From Octopus bimaculoides (Eukaryota): a stretch of DNA of 44,470 nt. The stretch lies in NCBI RefSeq assembly GCF_001194135.2, contig NC_068992.1:33125382-33169851 (forward strand), in the 5' to 3' direction. Under the pieces are notes generated by a model. That model searched no databases and had not been told where the DNA came from. It saw only the letters and a program-made list of their open reading frames with translations. This document shows, in pieces, positions 24,430-37,500 of the stretch (positions are counted from its first letter, which is position 1; the number at the start of each line of letters is the position of its first letter). The position numbers and the translations under genes were made by a program.

Positions 24430-26002
24430 GGAATTTTTTGTAAAAGATTTAATTGATATAATTACCCAAATTTCAAATGAGGAAAACAAGTCTATTGAGG
24501 ATAAAACAAATCTCTGATTGCTGCAAGAATTTCAAAAGAATTCTAGAAATTCATTTCATTAAAAATGGTCTTAATATGGAACACAGTTTAGAATTTCAAA
24601 GGTACAGCAAAAATATTTACTCTGATCTGAGAATAATTACGCAGCCTCAAATTACAGATTTCCTGAGACAGCTGGCTATATTTAACACAGAAGAGATTAA
24701 AAATAGTGTTTTTTTTAATTAGTTTTGATAAATTAATTAAAAGAAAGGAAAAAAAGATATTTTCAGTATCTTCAAATGAAAACAACAATCCAGTCAACAA
24801 GTTGAACGCAGCATGCAAAGACCATAAGTAAAATCTGGTTTCAATCACTGGTCTCTAATCATGCTGGCATATTACCTGCTTATTTATTTCACTTGGTACT
24901 ATTTTATCAACTCTCTTTGTTGAAGTGCTAATTTGAAGAAGTTAAAGTAAAATTATGCAAACAACAATGGTTCTTATACCAGTATAACCATAAACCTTCA
25001 CATAAACATGTTTTCAATGATTTTATCTTTAATCCCCATTTCTTTGAGAAATTGCTTAAATTTCATGTTTTCCTTTAATTTATTTTATGAAAAATATATT
25101 TCTCTCCATTCACATGATTTTGATTTGCAAAGTGTCTTGTGCAACCAATTTTCTGTATAAATGTGTGTGGAGAGAGAGAAAGAGAGACAGGGGGAGAGAG
25201 AGAAAGAGAGAGAGGGGGAGATGGAGAGAGACTTTGTGTGGTGGGGGAGTGTGTGTGTGTGTGTGTGTGTGTGTGNNNNNNNNNNNNNNNNNNNNNNNNN
25301 NNNNNNNNNNNNNNNNNNNNNNNNNNNNNNNNNNNNNNNNNNNNNNNNNNNNNNNNNNNNNNNNNNNNNNNNNNNNNNNNNNNNNNNNNNNNNNNNNNNN
25401 NNNNNNNNNNNNNNNNNNNNNNNNNNNNNNNNNNNNNNNNNNNNNNNNNNNNNNNNNNNNNNNNNNNNNNNNNNNNNNNNNNNNNNNNNNNNNNNNNNNN
25501 NNNNNNNNNNNNNNNNNNNNNNNNNNNNNNNNNNNNNNNNNNNNNNNNNNNNNNNNNNNNNNNNNNNNNNNNNNNNNNNNNNNNNNNNNNNNNNNNNNNN
25601 NNNNNNNNNNNNNNNNNNNNNNNNNNNNNNNNNNNNNNNNNNNNNNNNNNNNNNNNNNNNNNNNNNNNNNNNNNNNNNNNNNNNNNNNNNNNNNNNNNNN
25701 NNNNNNNNNNNNNNNNNNNNNNNNNNNNNNNNNNNNNNNNNNNNNNNNNNNNNNNNNNNNNNNNNNNNNNNNNNNNNNNNNNNNNNNNNNNNNNNNNNNN
25801 NNNNNNNNNNNNNNNNNNNNNNNNNNNNNNNNNNNNNNNNNNNNNNNNNNNNNNNNNNNNNNNNNNNNNNNNNNNNNNNNNNNNNNNNNNNNNNNNNNNN
25901 NNNNNNNNNNNNNNNNNNNNNNNNNNNNNNNNNNNNNNNNNATATTTATATATATATATATATGTATATACACACATGCACACACACACACACACACCCA
26001 TG

Positions 26003-26152
26003 TGTGGTTGGCGTTAGGAAGGGCATCCAGCTGTAGAAACTCTGCCAAATCAGACTGGAGCCTGGTGTTGCCATCCGGTTTCACCAGTCCTCAGTCAAAT
26101 CGTCCAACCCATGCTAGCATGGAAAGCGGACGTTAAACGATGATGATGATGA
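26003..26152 (+). mobile_element. RTE-type SINE/LINE 3' tail
   Basis: GTTGGCGTTAGGAAGGGCATCCAGCTGTAGAAAC...CCAACCCATGCTAGCATGGAAAGCGGACGTTAAAC(GAT)n; the 5' part is lost in the N-gap. Confidence 0.85.
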
Positions 26153-26654
26153 TATATATATATATACATATGTATGTATGTATATAATAGGTAAGTACGA
26201 TCCAGGCATCCAGGTGTAGGAAGTTAGTAAGCTTCAAGCATGTGTGCACCTAGTACAGATGATGAAAGATGGCCAATATACAATATAATTAGTTTACTAA
26301 CACTGTAAGTTACACACTTTGTCCCATATTGAAATCACAGGAAATTTTGATAAGCTGACAATCACCATTCAACTTGCAGTTTAGTAACTAAAGTTGCTAA
26401 AAATGCAAATTAAAAATGAAAATGTAAGGAATGGAACAGGTTAAAATATTGACTATGATCATTTCATAGTTATGATAATGTTAGCTTCATAAGTTTTAAC
26501 ATACATAGAACCTGCTTAGCTAATAATCATGTCCTATTACCTACAGGTTGTTTACATTGCTACATTGAGATGAACACGAAAAGAGTACATTACAAGTTAT
26601 GTAGCAAACGATTATTGTCCATGTTTTCACTTGGTCCATTCCATATATTCTTGG

Positions 26655-27455
26655 ATCATCATCATCAGCATCATCATCATCATCATTTAACATCTGTGTC
26701 CATGCTGGCATGGGATGGATGTTTTGATGAGGGCTGGTAAGCTGAGGGGCTGCACCAGACTTCAGCCTGATTTAGCATGGTTTCTATGGCTAGATGCCCT
26801 TCCTAATGCCAACCACACTGAAAATGTAATGGATGCTTTTACATGCCACCTGCATGGATGCCATTTGTGTGACACCAGTATCTGCCATGACTATGATTTC
26901 ACTTGGCTTGACAATTCTTCTCAAGCAGAGCATATTGTCAAAGGTCTTGGTCTTTTGGCATTGCCTCCTTTAGGTCCAATATTCGAAAGGTGTGTTTTAC
27001 ATGCCACTGGCATTGGCCACATTGCCTCCGTGAGGCCCAATGCTCAAAAGGTGCTTTTTATGTGCCACAGGCATGAGTGCCAATTACGTGACACCAGTAT
27101 TAGCCATGACTATGATTTCACTTCGCTTGATGGGTCTTCTCAAGCACGACATATCGCCAAAGGTCTCGTTCACTAATCAGTGCCTTCATAAGGCCCAACG
27201 TTCAAAGATCAAGCTGCACCACTTTGTCCCATGTCTTCCTGAGTCTACCTCTACCAGAGTTAGAGTTCGGCACTTCTTTACACAGTTGTCCTCATTCATA
27301 TGCATCACATGACCATGTTAGTGCAGTTGTCTCTTTTACGCAAAACATCTGATACCTCTTATGCCCAACTTTTCTCTCAAGAGGCTTACACTGTCATACA
27401 TGCACATTGACATTGGACATCCAGCGAAGCATGTTAGCTTTATTCCTTTCAAATA
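26655..27455 (-). mobile_element. 5'-truncated RTE LINE: ORF C-terminus plus repetitive 3'UTR and tail
   Basis: LREKLGIRGIRC and GRGRLRKTWDKVV at 27.2-27.45 kb. Duplicated ~85-bp UTR unit (GTGACACCAGTAT...AAAGGTCT). (CAT)n tail at ~26655-26686. Confidence 0.8.
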
Positions 27456-27485
27456 TACATATAACATACATACATACATACATAC

Positions 27486-27486
<1 letters not shown>

Positions 27487-27561
<75 letters not shown>
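27487..27561. repeat. Long (TA)n microsatellite
   Basis: Direct reading; one of many TA, TG, CA, TATG and CTAT arrays (e.g. 1-33, 2434-2470, 8280-8371, 39047-39100, 40905-41046, 41995-42093, 42836-42866). Confidence 0.95.
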
Positions 27562-27567
<6 letters not shown>

Positions 27568-27754
27568 AATAGGACGCGTACGTACAAACGGCCACCTCTG
27601 AGCGCTCGTCTGATCGAATTGGCGGTGGCAGCCTATTCAGCTACTCCTTTTTCTCGTTGATCTCGCTCTCTTGTGTGGCGACGGCGGCGGGCGTCGTCGT
27701 GGCGTTCCGCGAAGTGTACCCCTGCTCGCTGCTCGATAACGAAGACGACAACAA
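27562..27754 (+). other. Putative rDNA 5' external transcribed spacer fragment
   Basis: GC- and CpG-rich island contiguous with the exact 5' start of 18S rRNA. ETS identity is inferred from position only. Confidence 0.7.
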
Positions 27755-27818
27755 TACCTGGTTGATCCTGCCAGTAGTCATATGCTTGTCTCAAATCTTA
27801 AGCCATGCAAGTGTAAGT
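27755..27818 (+). pseudogene. 18S rRNA 5'-end fragment (64 nt, orphan copy)
   Basis: TACCTGGTTGATCCTGCCAGTAGTCATATGCTTGTCTCAAAtcTTAAGCCATGCAaGTgTAAGT matches the universal eukaryotic 18S start, then breaks into microsatellite. Confidence 0.95.
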
Positions 27819-27854
27819 ATATGTATGCATATATGCATATGTATATGTATGTAT

Positions 27855-28120
27855 GAAAGTGTGTGGCCTAGTGGTTCAGCTGTTGCACTCGTGATCGCTA
27901 AATCATGGGTTCAATTCTCTGACTGGCTAGCAATTTATGTTCTTGTACAAAACAATTCATTTCCCATTGCTCCAGTCCCCTTTCGATCAGGGAAGAATGT
28001 TGGCCTGCTCACCTAGCCAGCAGGTGGTGTCATTTGAAGGCTAAAATAATGCAAAAGCGCATATTGACGAAGGATGTGTAACATCTAACAGCCTGGTCAG
28101 TCTCATGATCACATGATATA
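27855..28120 (+). mobile_element. tRNA-derived SINE (family C)
   Basis: Pol III A box TGGCCTAGTGG (27864-27874) and B box GGGTTCAATTC (27907-27917); no tRNA 3' arm. Confidence 0.75.
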
Positions 28121-28921
28121 CATATGTATATATTATCATCATCATATAATATCTGCTTTCCAGGCTCAAATTGTTTGTTTTCGCATGGTTTCTAAGGTAG
28201 GATGCCCTTCCTAACAGAGTGTACTGGGTGTTTTTTTTATGGCGTCAACACAGGTTTTATATGACACCAGCACGTATATATCTGTGCATTTAAGTATGCA
28301 CATATATGTGTATACTTACATGCATACAGACATACATGTATGTGAGTGTTGTGTGTGTGTGCATGTCTGTTTTGTTACAATTGCAGTAAATATGTATTCT
28401 GTATATGTTGTAGAGTTCTGTTATCCATCAATAGCTGTTACTTCAAATAGTAAGAGATTCTAAAATAGTCATTTGTTTTGTCAGAATTAGCAGTCAAATT
28501 GAACTTGTGCCCTACTGATTTAAAATGGAAGAACATATTAAATAATGTAATTCAGAAAACCAAATCTGTTATCACAGATGAAAATTCTTTGATCGTATGT
28601 CTGCTTCTCCAGAGTTCACATAAGACTACACTACTACAACAACAACAACAGCAACTACTTTCAGATGGTTTTGCTTTTCACCATGACTGCAATCCAATTT
28701 TAAAAGGTAGAATTCAAGTTATGCCTTTTAGAATTGATCAAAGGGAAATGAAAATATATATATAAATGCTTACAGTACTCTTCCTAGATTTTGATTTTGG
28801 GAAAATTCATTAGTGTTCATAAAATTGACTTCTCTGGACATCAGTGTGTGCATGTGTATGTGTATGTGTGTGTGAATGTGTGTGTGTGTGTGTGTGTGCG
28901 TATGTGTTTGTGTGTGTGTGT

Positions 28922-29081
28922 AGGAGTGGCTATTTGGTGAGTAGTTTGCTTACCAACCACATGGTTCCAAGTTCAGTCCCACAGCATAGCACTTTGGCAA
29001 GGTGTCTTCTACTATAGCCTTGGGCTAACCAAGTGAGTGGATTTGGTAGATGGAAACTGAAAGAGGACTGTCATATATCTA

Positions 29082-29129
<48 letters not shown>

Positions 29130-29407
29130 NNNNNNNNNNNNNNNNNNNNNNNNNNNNNNNNNNNNNNNNNNNNNNNNNNNNNNNNNNNNNNNNNNNNNNN
29201 NNNNNNNNNNNNNNNNNNNNNNNNNNNNNNNNNNNNNNNNNNNNNNNNNNNNNNNNNNNNNNNNNNNNNNNNNNNNNNNNNNNNNNNNNNNNNNNNNNNN
29301 NNNNNNNNNNNNNNNNNNNNNNNNNNNNNNNNNNNNNNNNNNNNNNNNNNNNNNNNNNNNNNNNNNNNNNNNNNNNNNNNNNNNNNNNNNNNNNNNNNNN
29401 NNNNNNN

Positions 29408-29442
<35 letters not shown>

Positions 29443-29645
29443 TATTTATATGTTTATTTGTTTGTCCGCCCACCATTGCTTGACAACCAATGTTGGTGTG
29501 TTTATGTCCCTGCAATTTAGTGGTTTGGCAAAAGAGACTGATAGAATAAGTACTACAAGTCCTGGGTTCGATTTGTTCGACTAAAGGCGGTGCTCCAGCA
29601 TGGCTGCAGTCAAATGACTGAAACAAATAAAAGAATAAAAGAATA
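28922..29645 (+). mobile_element. SINE family A, full structure with central microsatellite
   Basis: tRNA-like head (GGAGTGGCT..TGGT...GTTCAGTCCC), central TA/TG array and gap, 3' half ending GACTGAAAC(AAATAAAAG)n. Confidence 0.85.
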
Positions 29646-30199
29646 TATAAATATAAGATCCAAGGATCGGGGTGTAGGAAGAAAGCTAGTTTCAAGCTAT
29701 CTGTAGTAAATAGAAAAAACAGCTTTCAGAGACAATAGTGGTTTATTGAGATGGAAAGTTGTGGATTTTTTGTTATCAAATATGAATAACTGAAAAAGGT
29801 TCTTTTTATATATCATTGTAGGTGACCAGGTTTGCAGGGTATGCAAATAATAATACAAGAGTTATGGAACAGAGACAAGAAGATGTATAGGGCTATGTCC
29901 CTCTCAAATCCAGTTAGGCACAAACAAAAAAAAAAAACAGAAAGAATTAATACAAACAGCAACAACAATGAATTTTTTGAAATTCCTTTCCCCACCCCCT
30001 TAGAAATATGTTTTGCAGCAAATCTCTATATACTCAGAATGTACAGTATCGGAAAGGTATTTGTTGGAAATGTTTTTAAAATATATCCATTTTTCTGGAA
30101 ATCATGGGGGAAAAGAGTCAAGCAGGGCGCACTTTTGTAGGAATGTCCATAGTCTTATAAAAGACAATTGGTGTCTGTCTGTAACAACATCCCCATAAC

Positions 30200-30348
30200 T
30201 TTGCAGTTCAGCATTAGAGACTGATAGAATAAGTATTATGCTTAAAAAATAAGTCCTGGTCTCGATTTGTTTGATTTAAATCCGTTCAAGGTGGTATTCC
30301 AGCATAGCTACAGTCAAATAACTGAAACAAGTAAAAGAATAAAAGAAT
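30200..30348 (+). mobile_element. SINE family A, 3' fragment
   Basis: GAGACTGATAGAATAAGTA...CAGTCAAATAACTGAAACAAGTAAAAGAATAAAAGAATA. Confidence 0.75.
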
Positions 30349-30413
30349 ATAGCTGTTTTTAGTTTTGCTTCTGCACACACGTACTTCTGTATGTCTTTCA
30401 ACAAATAGACAAG

Positions 30414-30444
<31 letters not shown>

Positions 30445-31739
30445 AATCTTATTTCCTTATCAAATATTCTGTTACTAATATTCACTAAGAAAGTCAATCT
30501 AAATATTATTTGCACAATTTTTGAAGTTATGTGCTTGATTTAGAAACATTTTTATCTGGCAATGTAGCAAGGGCTTTGAACTAGTATTTTATTAAAGTAC
30601 AAATATATATTTCTTTTTTGCTAGATTAAAGTGTTTTATCAAATTACCACTTTTGTTCTTTTGTTCTCAAAAATTTCTTGCACCCTGTGTAGGTTGATTA
30701 CTTATTTTCAGCACATTAGCTGTCATGTCCAGGGCAACACGAATAAGAGGGTGAACAGAAGAGTGCATTATGATGAAGAATGTAGTAGGGTCGGGAGAAA
30801 GTGAGATTATGGTGAAGTGACTGATGTGATAAGGTTGGAAATGAGAGAAAAATTGAAGAGACATTGATAAAAGAATAGATGTAAAAAAGTAATGGCAAAC
30901 TATAATAGTTGTGGGGAATGTGACAGGGAGAGTAATACTAGTTACATGTTTGGAAATAAGAGGGAGAGAGATTGTAGCATAGTTGTAGCAATGAATGATT
31001 GCAAGAGAGAAAATAATGTTAGTCAATAACAACTTACCAGCAACCAATTTTACATCTGTGTATTACATACGTATGTGTGAGAGAGTTTATTTCTTTGCCT
31101 TCTCTCATCTGTTAGCTGTGACCATGGTATCTATATCAAAATTGTTCACTAATAAGACTCAAACCATGCATCAATATATTGCTGAACCACTTTGTTATTA
31201 ATTTGTATAATATATTACTTCTGTTGTGCAGTTTCCCATTTAAAAATATATATTGCATTTTCATTCTTTTTTATTCTCTCTGTGTCTACTGAATTTTAGT
31301 TGCTAGGCAAGGTACAATTGAATAATAATGTCTCTTCTGCAAGTGCCAGATATCAGACATCCCACAACGATTGGATAAACGTCAACTTCCATTTATTTAC
31401 ATCGTATTTATTACAGATAATGAGTGGTATTGCTCAGCATATCAGAATATTGTGAAGAAAAGTACTCAACAGCAATTACTTGAATTTATGAAATATATAT
31501 GATGACTGTGGTCTCTAATGCTGCATTGTCTGCATAATATTCAGATTTCCAGCAGTGAATATGTGTGTTGTTCGTACTATTAGACAGAAAGAAAGAATGA
31601 GAAAAATATACCATTATGTACATATTACGATGAATTTGGAGTGGTAAATTATTGCATCTTATGCACTTAAACTTTCTACATATAGTCTGTAATTAGTTCC
31701 CTTGAATTATTACTTATTTCAATCTATGACTCATTTCCT

Positions 31740-31880
31740 GTGCTCATGCTGCTTCATCAACCAAGAAGGAGTTCTTTGCCTTGAAGGACAATAATTGATA
31801 TCACTCTGGGATCAAATACCTGGCAGAAAGGTGGCTTCAGACAGTGCAACATGATGACCTCTCTTTTGAATGCTAGGCAG
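31740..31880 (+). mobile_element. mariner transposase C-terminal remnant
   Basis: KKEFFALKDNN*YHSGIKYLAERWLQTVQHDDLSFE resembles the mariner FY..GI..LPERW..V..DG.YFE tail. Confidence 0.6.
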
Positions 31881-33534
31881 CTTTTGTGGTAACTTGAATA
31901 AATCAAATTATTGCAAAACATTTGACATAATATAATATTTATATGTCTCAAGCCTCTAGAATCTTACAAGTACTGGGACATCTAATAATTCTGAAATGTA
32001 ACTAGTGTCATCACTGTCCAATTCAATAAGTTGATTCACTTGTCCTTCTGGACTAGAATTACTCATAAACGCTAACTATATCTTTCTCTTCAAGTGTGGG
32101 TTACAATTTTAAGTAAACATTTGTGGCTCACTGAATTAAGTATGTTAACTCTCCCTTAACTAAATATTTTTCATGTACAATGCACTCCTGGCTAATTTTT
32201 TTCAGTCATTCCTTCTAATATAATAATCGACATCAAAAAAAGGAAAAACTTTCATTGAAAAGCCAACTGTAGTAATTGGAGAACAATAAAACATAGTCAG
32301 TAAAACAAAATGAATTTGTTCAAGTTAAACAATAAAAGAAAGCAAATGAAAATTGAGGTTATTTGGAAGACAAAATATTTACAGGAAATTATAAGTGGGA
32401 TTCCAGTATAGTCTAAGCCATAATGTCTGAAGTCAAATATGTACTATGATCTTGTATATCTAAGTACATAAACAGTAACATAATCTACATCTCTCTCTTC
32501 ATTTCAAATATATATATATATATATACGTATATATTCTCCAAAGGATGTTCATAGACAAACATACGTAAAGCATTTTATAAATTTATAAATATGTATAAT
32601 ATGCATAATATGTATACATATATTTGTATATGTGTATGTGTTTTGTTGTTATTATTTGAATTCTTCCTACTAAGAGTAGCTGGTTTTTAACAAGGAAATT
32701 AAACTCCATCCCAAGAGTTTCAAAAGCAACAATCATACATGTTGCATAATTCAGTGTTCCACTTATAGATTTTATTTGTAATCTTGTGTTAGGTGGTCAC
32801 TTTCTTAGCCTGATATTTCTAGCCTTTCCTGATTTTCCCTTGAACATTTACTAACATAACCAAGTGTTCTAATTATTATCAATATAAATGTGAATTTATA
32901 ACCAGAGTATTGGAGCTGCAGGGTTTGAAGTATTTATCTAAAACTATTCTATTTCTTGCTGAGGTTGGAAAAAAATGTTCAGGGATACTGACCTTTATGA
33001 CTGTGCATGGTTTTTATTTCCTTTACCAAATACCCATATCAAGCATGTACTTAGAAGAAATTTTGATGAGAATGTTTCATCAATATTCCTTCTGTAGATA
33101 TGTATGAATGTATGTATTCAATAACAGGTGCATTGTCTATAATATAGCCCAAGGCAACCTTTACAATGGATATCATTTTACAGTTTTAACAATTACATCA
33201 TGCTACATTACAAGATAATCTTATGATAACATTCATGGTACATCTGCTGATCATATGTGTAATGCCTTCTACCAGAGAGCAACATAATCATCATTTATTT
33301 TAGGGGTTTAAGAGCATCATTGTCTCATTTGTTTACTAGATATTTTACAATAGTCTCTAGTTCTTGGATTGTAAAAGCATAACCTTCAAAATGTGATGTG
33401 ATGCAATAGTCATAAGTAGACGGGAGGCTATACTTCCTGTTAACAGTATCATCCTCCCTAAGTTTGTTGGAATCATTACCTTTCTGTGTTATGCAGTGTT
33501 TAACTTCTATATCTTTATTGATGTATTGTAGCCC

Positions 33535-33700
33535 ATCATCATCATCAATATTTAATGCCTGTTTTCCATGCTGGCATGGGTTGGAAGGTTTGACAGGGGC
33601 TGCACCAGGTCCCATAGTCTGCTTGAATTTTCAGCTGAATGCCCTTCCAGATGTCAACCACTTTACAGAGTGAACTGGGTTCTTTTACATGGCATCGTCA
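33535..33700 (-). mobile_element. RTE-type SINE tail
   Basis: (CAT)n-TTTAATGCCTGTTTTCCATGCTGGCATGGGTTGGA...GAATGCCCTTCC. Confidence 0.7.
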
Positions 33701-33753
33701 TCATCATCAGTCCTTTTTAGGTGACATCAGCAATTCTGAATTCACATGAAATG

Positions 33754-34266
33754 TCATAAAAATGAGTACTTCTTAGAGAATTCCCAATCTAACAGCAAGA
33801 GTTTATTAACTTCTGCTTTGAGCAATTGATTGATGTATTGTTTTTGCTGCTGTTGTTCACCAGGTATTGATTGAGTGCTGCACATGTCACTAAAAGTCTC
33901 TTCACTTATCCAAAGCCCCTTTGTCCCACTTTCTTTTTTTGAGATAAAGTTTGCCAAAATTACTGCTTCTGTGGAAGTTTGTAGATGATGTTGGTTTTAG
34001 TGTCTTTGGGATAGATTTCCTCTATAGACCAAACAAATTTCCCAAATGATTTTGTCAGTACTGTTACTGCAAATACATCGTAGAATATTGTCTTGTAATA
34101 TGAAGGAAACTGTGACTGCTTTAACTTTTGAGTTTGGTATGGTATTCTGACATGATTTACTTTCGTCAGTACCTTGATATTTGCAGCTCATTTTGTTTGG
34201 AATAGGGAAAATAGAAAGACAATTATATGAAGTCTTGGGTTTTTGGAAATAGATTTCCATGATCAA
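33754..34266 (-). pseudogene. Probable decayed RTE LINE EN-RT linker
   Basis: One frame of ~170 codons with a single internal TAA (33999-33997). KGLWISEETF...QYINQLLKAEVNKLL resembles the RTE linker pattern K..WISEETW...Y..L..EV.R.L. Confidence 0.4.
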
Positions 34267-34466
34267 ATGTCAATAATAGACATTGGTTGAAATTTCATTC
34301 CTATACCAGCAGTAAATTTTATTACTATAACCTGCTGTAAGTCAGCAATGCAATTGTTGCTAGAATACATCCACAAAAACCATGGGTAATATCAATGTTT
34401 ATTACTGTTGTAGACCCTAACAATTAACTAGTGAAATTTCCCTACAAGATGAGTGGATTTATTGAT

Positions 34467-34712
34467 GAAGGCATGGCTGTGTGGTAAGAAGTTTACCCCA
34501 CCCCACCACATGGTGCCAGGTTCAGTCTCATTGCATTGTACCTTGGGAGTGGCTTTAGTAGTCAGAAACTGAAAGAAGCTCCTTATATGTATGTACATAC
34601 GTGTGTATGTGTCTTTATGTCTGTGTTTGTTCCTGACCACCATTTGGCAGCTGATGCTCATGTCTTTGTAACTTAATGATTTGGCCTAATGACTAAAACA
34701 AGTAAAAGATAA
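34467..34712 (+). mobile_element. SINE family A, internally deleted
   Basis: GGCATGGCTGTGTGGTAAG...CCACATGGT.CCAGGTTCAGTC head and GACTAAAACAAGTAAAAGA tail. Confidence 0.75.
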
Positions 34713-35004
34713 AAGATTACTAGCAAAATAAACAGAAGCACAGATTAGCTACATATGTGAAAATTGGAGAATAGTTCTTTGTGAGATTTTCAATGGCAGC
34801 AACTAAGGCAATTGGTACTTTTGTCAACTGCAAAAACACTGCAGGGACTTCAGCAACAATGAGTGGAGGATAACAGAATTGAATGCATTCCTGTAATCAA
34901 GCTATACTCCCACAAGGCTTGTTTCCTTACTTCATACAGTTCAGCTTTAGATTAAAATTTTCTCAGAGCATTCCTACAGTCTCTACTTTCTAACTGCTGG
35001 CTCA

Positions 35005-35172
35005 TCATCATCATTGTTTAACATCTGCTTTTCATGCTGGCATGGATTGGACAGTTTGACTGAGGACTGGCAAGCTGGGAGGCTGCATCAGGATCCAATC
35101 TGATCTGGCAAGGTTTCTACAGCTGGATACCTTTCCTAACGCCAACCATTCCAAGAGTGTAGTGGGTGCTTT
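35005..35172 (-). mobile_element. RTE-type SINE tail
   Basis: Reverse complement of the 26003-26152 tail. Confidence 0.8.
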
Positions 35173-35364
35173 AGTGTAGATGAGCACTACATTGTATAGT
35201 GCACTTCATAGAAAGTTGTGTTGTATGCCATATACTAGCAAAGCAGGAGTAAACCTGTTCATATATCCCAACTATCATAACTAATGATTTCATGCATCAC
35301 ACTGTGGTTATGAACATTATTCTGTGTATTCCCATTTTCAGACTGTGATACGGTTAGATGTACC

Positions 35365-35685
35365 TTTTATCTTTTACTTGTTTCATTCATTTGACAGTGG
35401 CCATGCCAGGCTGCTGCTTTGAGGAATTTTAATCTAAAAGATTGCCCTCGGGACATATTTTTTCCAATTCTAGTACTTATTATTCTACACTTTCCTTTGC
35501 TGAACCACTAAGTTACAGGGATATGAACACACCAACACCAATTATCAAGTGGTGGTAGGGGGCAAAGACACACACACATATATACAAGGCTTTGATTGGC
35601 CTGAAACTATAGTAGAAGACACTTGCCCAAGGTGCCACACAGTAGAACTGAACTTGGAACCATGTTGTTGGGAAGCAACACTTAC
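35365..35685 (-). mobile_element. SINE family A
   Basis: Reverse complement of both head and tail of 28922-29645. Confidence 0.8.
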
Positions 35686-35730
35686 ATCTATGTTTAGTAT
35701 TAATAACAAATTTACTTTGAATATAATATA

Positions 35731-37500
35731 AACTGTGATAATAAGGGTATCAGCTTCAGTCTAGTAAAGCTTTGCTTTCTTACGATCTCTTGCATACATC
35801 CTTTTGTGGCTGGCACGTGGTGCAATATGCCCCAGATTATATTATGCAAGAAGTAAACAGGGAGTAAGGGGCTGAAAAATTTTGTTGTTCAGTAGAAACC
35901 CCAAAGGTAGACTAATCAACCTAGCTAAAACAGAAATAGGCATTATTAGCAAAAATATTTTAGATTCTATTTTAAACAAGCTAAATAGAGAATTAAATTT
36001 ATGGATTTGGGGAAATAGTAAGTCAGTTATAGATTGGTTCAAGGGAATTAGCCATAAATGTAACTTCAAATTTACACAGTTCAATATTGTCCATTTTTAC
36101 CCATCAATATTCAGGCCTTTACTTCTTAAAGCATTAGACTTCACCAAGCAACACGTTACCATCAACAGCTTGGATATAGATATTATCTTGCAAGCAATGA
36201 AATCCCTCATTTTTTACGATGATTCCACCTGGATCAAAAAGAATGAGGATACTTTATTCGTTGTGCTGATGGAGGCATAAGATGGGGCAGAGTTATGTAT
36301 GCTTATAGGAGCTTATATTTTGCATAACCTGCATCTGGAATTCCCTTTTATGGATACAGGATTATACAGGGTTGACGGTCTTATAGTCACCCATAATATG
36401 AACGGCCATGAGAAGTTAGACTTAGGGAGAAACTTATTGTTTTCGTCCAAAGAATTGGCTTACAGATAATGATAAATACTAACCTGAAAAATGTAGATTT
36501 TTTTTAGATATTAACTTAAATTTGCAATTAGATAAATTTAACCCTACCGTAAGCCTAATGAAAAACTTTATTAGATTAACAAAGAATTAAATCATCCACC
36601 CGTACTATTTAAAAATTTAGTGAGTAATATAGGAAGGCACTTATCAATCCATATCTTCAGATGAGTTAGCATTTCAAAATGTTGTGTCATATTATAATAA
36701 TGCATTAAGGAACAGCAGATTCTCAGAGAAGATCCAGTATGGTCAAAGCACTACTAGCAATAATAGAACATGTAGAACTAGAACTAAGAAAATGCTATGG
36801 TTTAATCTGGCATTTAACACTGCAATAAAAACTCATATAGGTAGAGAATTCTTGAAACTAGTTTCTAGGCACTTTCAAGAAAACCATAAACTCTATAGAA
36901 TGTTTAATAGAAGAGCATTAAAGATTAGCTATTCTTGTCACAAGAGCTTCACCTCTTTAATCAACTAGCAGAACACAAAAACTATTAGAAGCAACCACAG
37001 TGCCCAAAATTACAAGAAGAATTGCAATTGTAATGACCAAAGTTGCTGTCTGCTAGGAGGAAATTGTCTTGAGAAAGGAAGTGTTTATAGAGCTAAGGTG
37101 CAAATAGAAGGCTCACAAGAATATGAAATGTATACAGGAGCTTCAGAAAATTCCTTTAAAACTAGATTTTATTCCCACTGAAATTCATCTTGATGCCCCA
37201 AAAATAGGACAGCAATGAGTCTTGCCAAACATGTCTGGCATTTGAAAGAAAAGGATACTCATCCTTTCAATATTAACTGGACGATCTTGGAGAAAGCTAC
37301 ACCATATCAATATGGAGCATATAGACGCCCGGTGAGGTGTAATTTGCGCCTGACTGAAAAGTTCTTCATCCCGTTCCAGGATAAATATGCATTGAACCAA
37401 AGACAAGAGCTTTGAATTCCTGTAGACATGCTGCAAGGTATAAAATATTGAGTGATCAAATACCGTATGGATAATATTTCACTTTTGCATCTGAATTTGG
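35731..37500 (+). mobile_element. Penelope-like retroelement, RT + C-terminal GIY-YIG endonuclease, degenerate
   Basis: RLINLAKTEIG, FTQFNIVHFYPSI, DGAELC, GLYRVDGL (YRDD catalytic motif mutated, 36365-36379), NHPP, WFN, CNC..CL...SVYRAKV...MYTG, SLAKHVWHLK. A T-rich 3' flank extends toward ~38.9 kb. Confidence 0.92.

Noticed and set aside
27755-27818. Functional rRNA locus
   Set aside because: Only 64 nt of 18S; no ITS, 5.8S or 28S.
27855-27930. tRNA gene
   Set aside because: A and B boxes are present, but there is no cloverleaf or acceptor stem, and it continues into a SINE body.
33754-33968. Candidate terminal host exon with a good acceptor (TTCCACAG)
   Set aside because: The same frame continues upstream past one stop and resembles an RTE linker, so TE debris is more likely.
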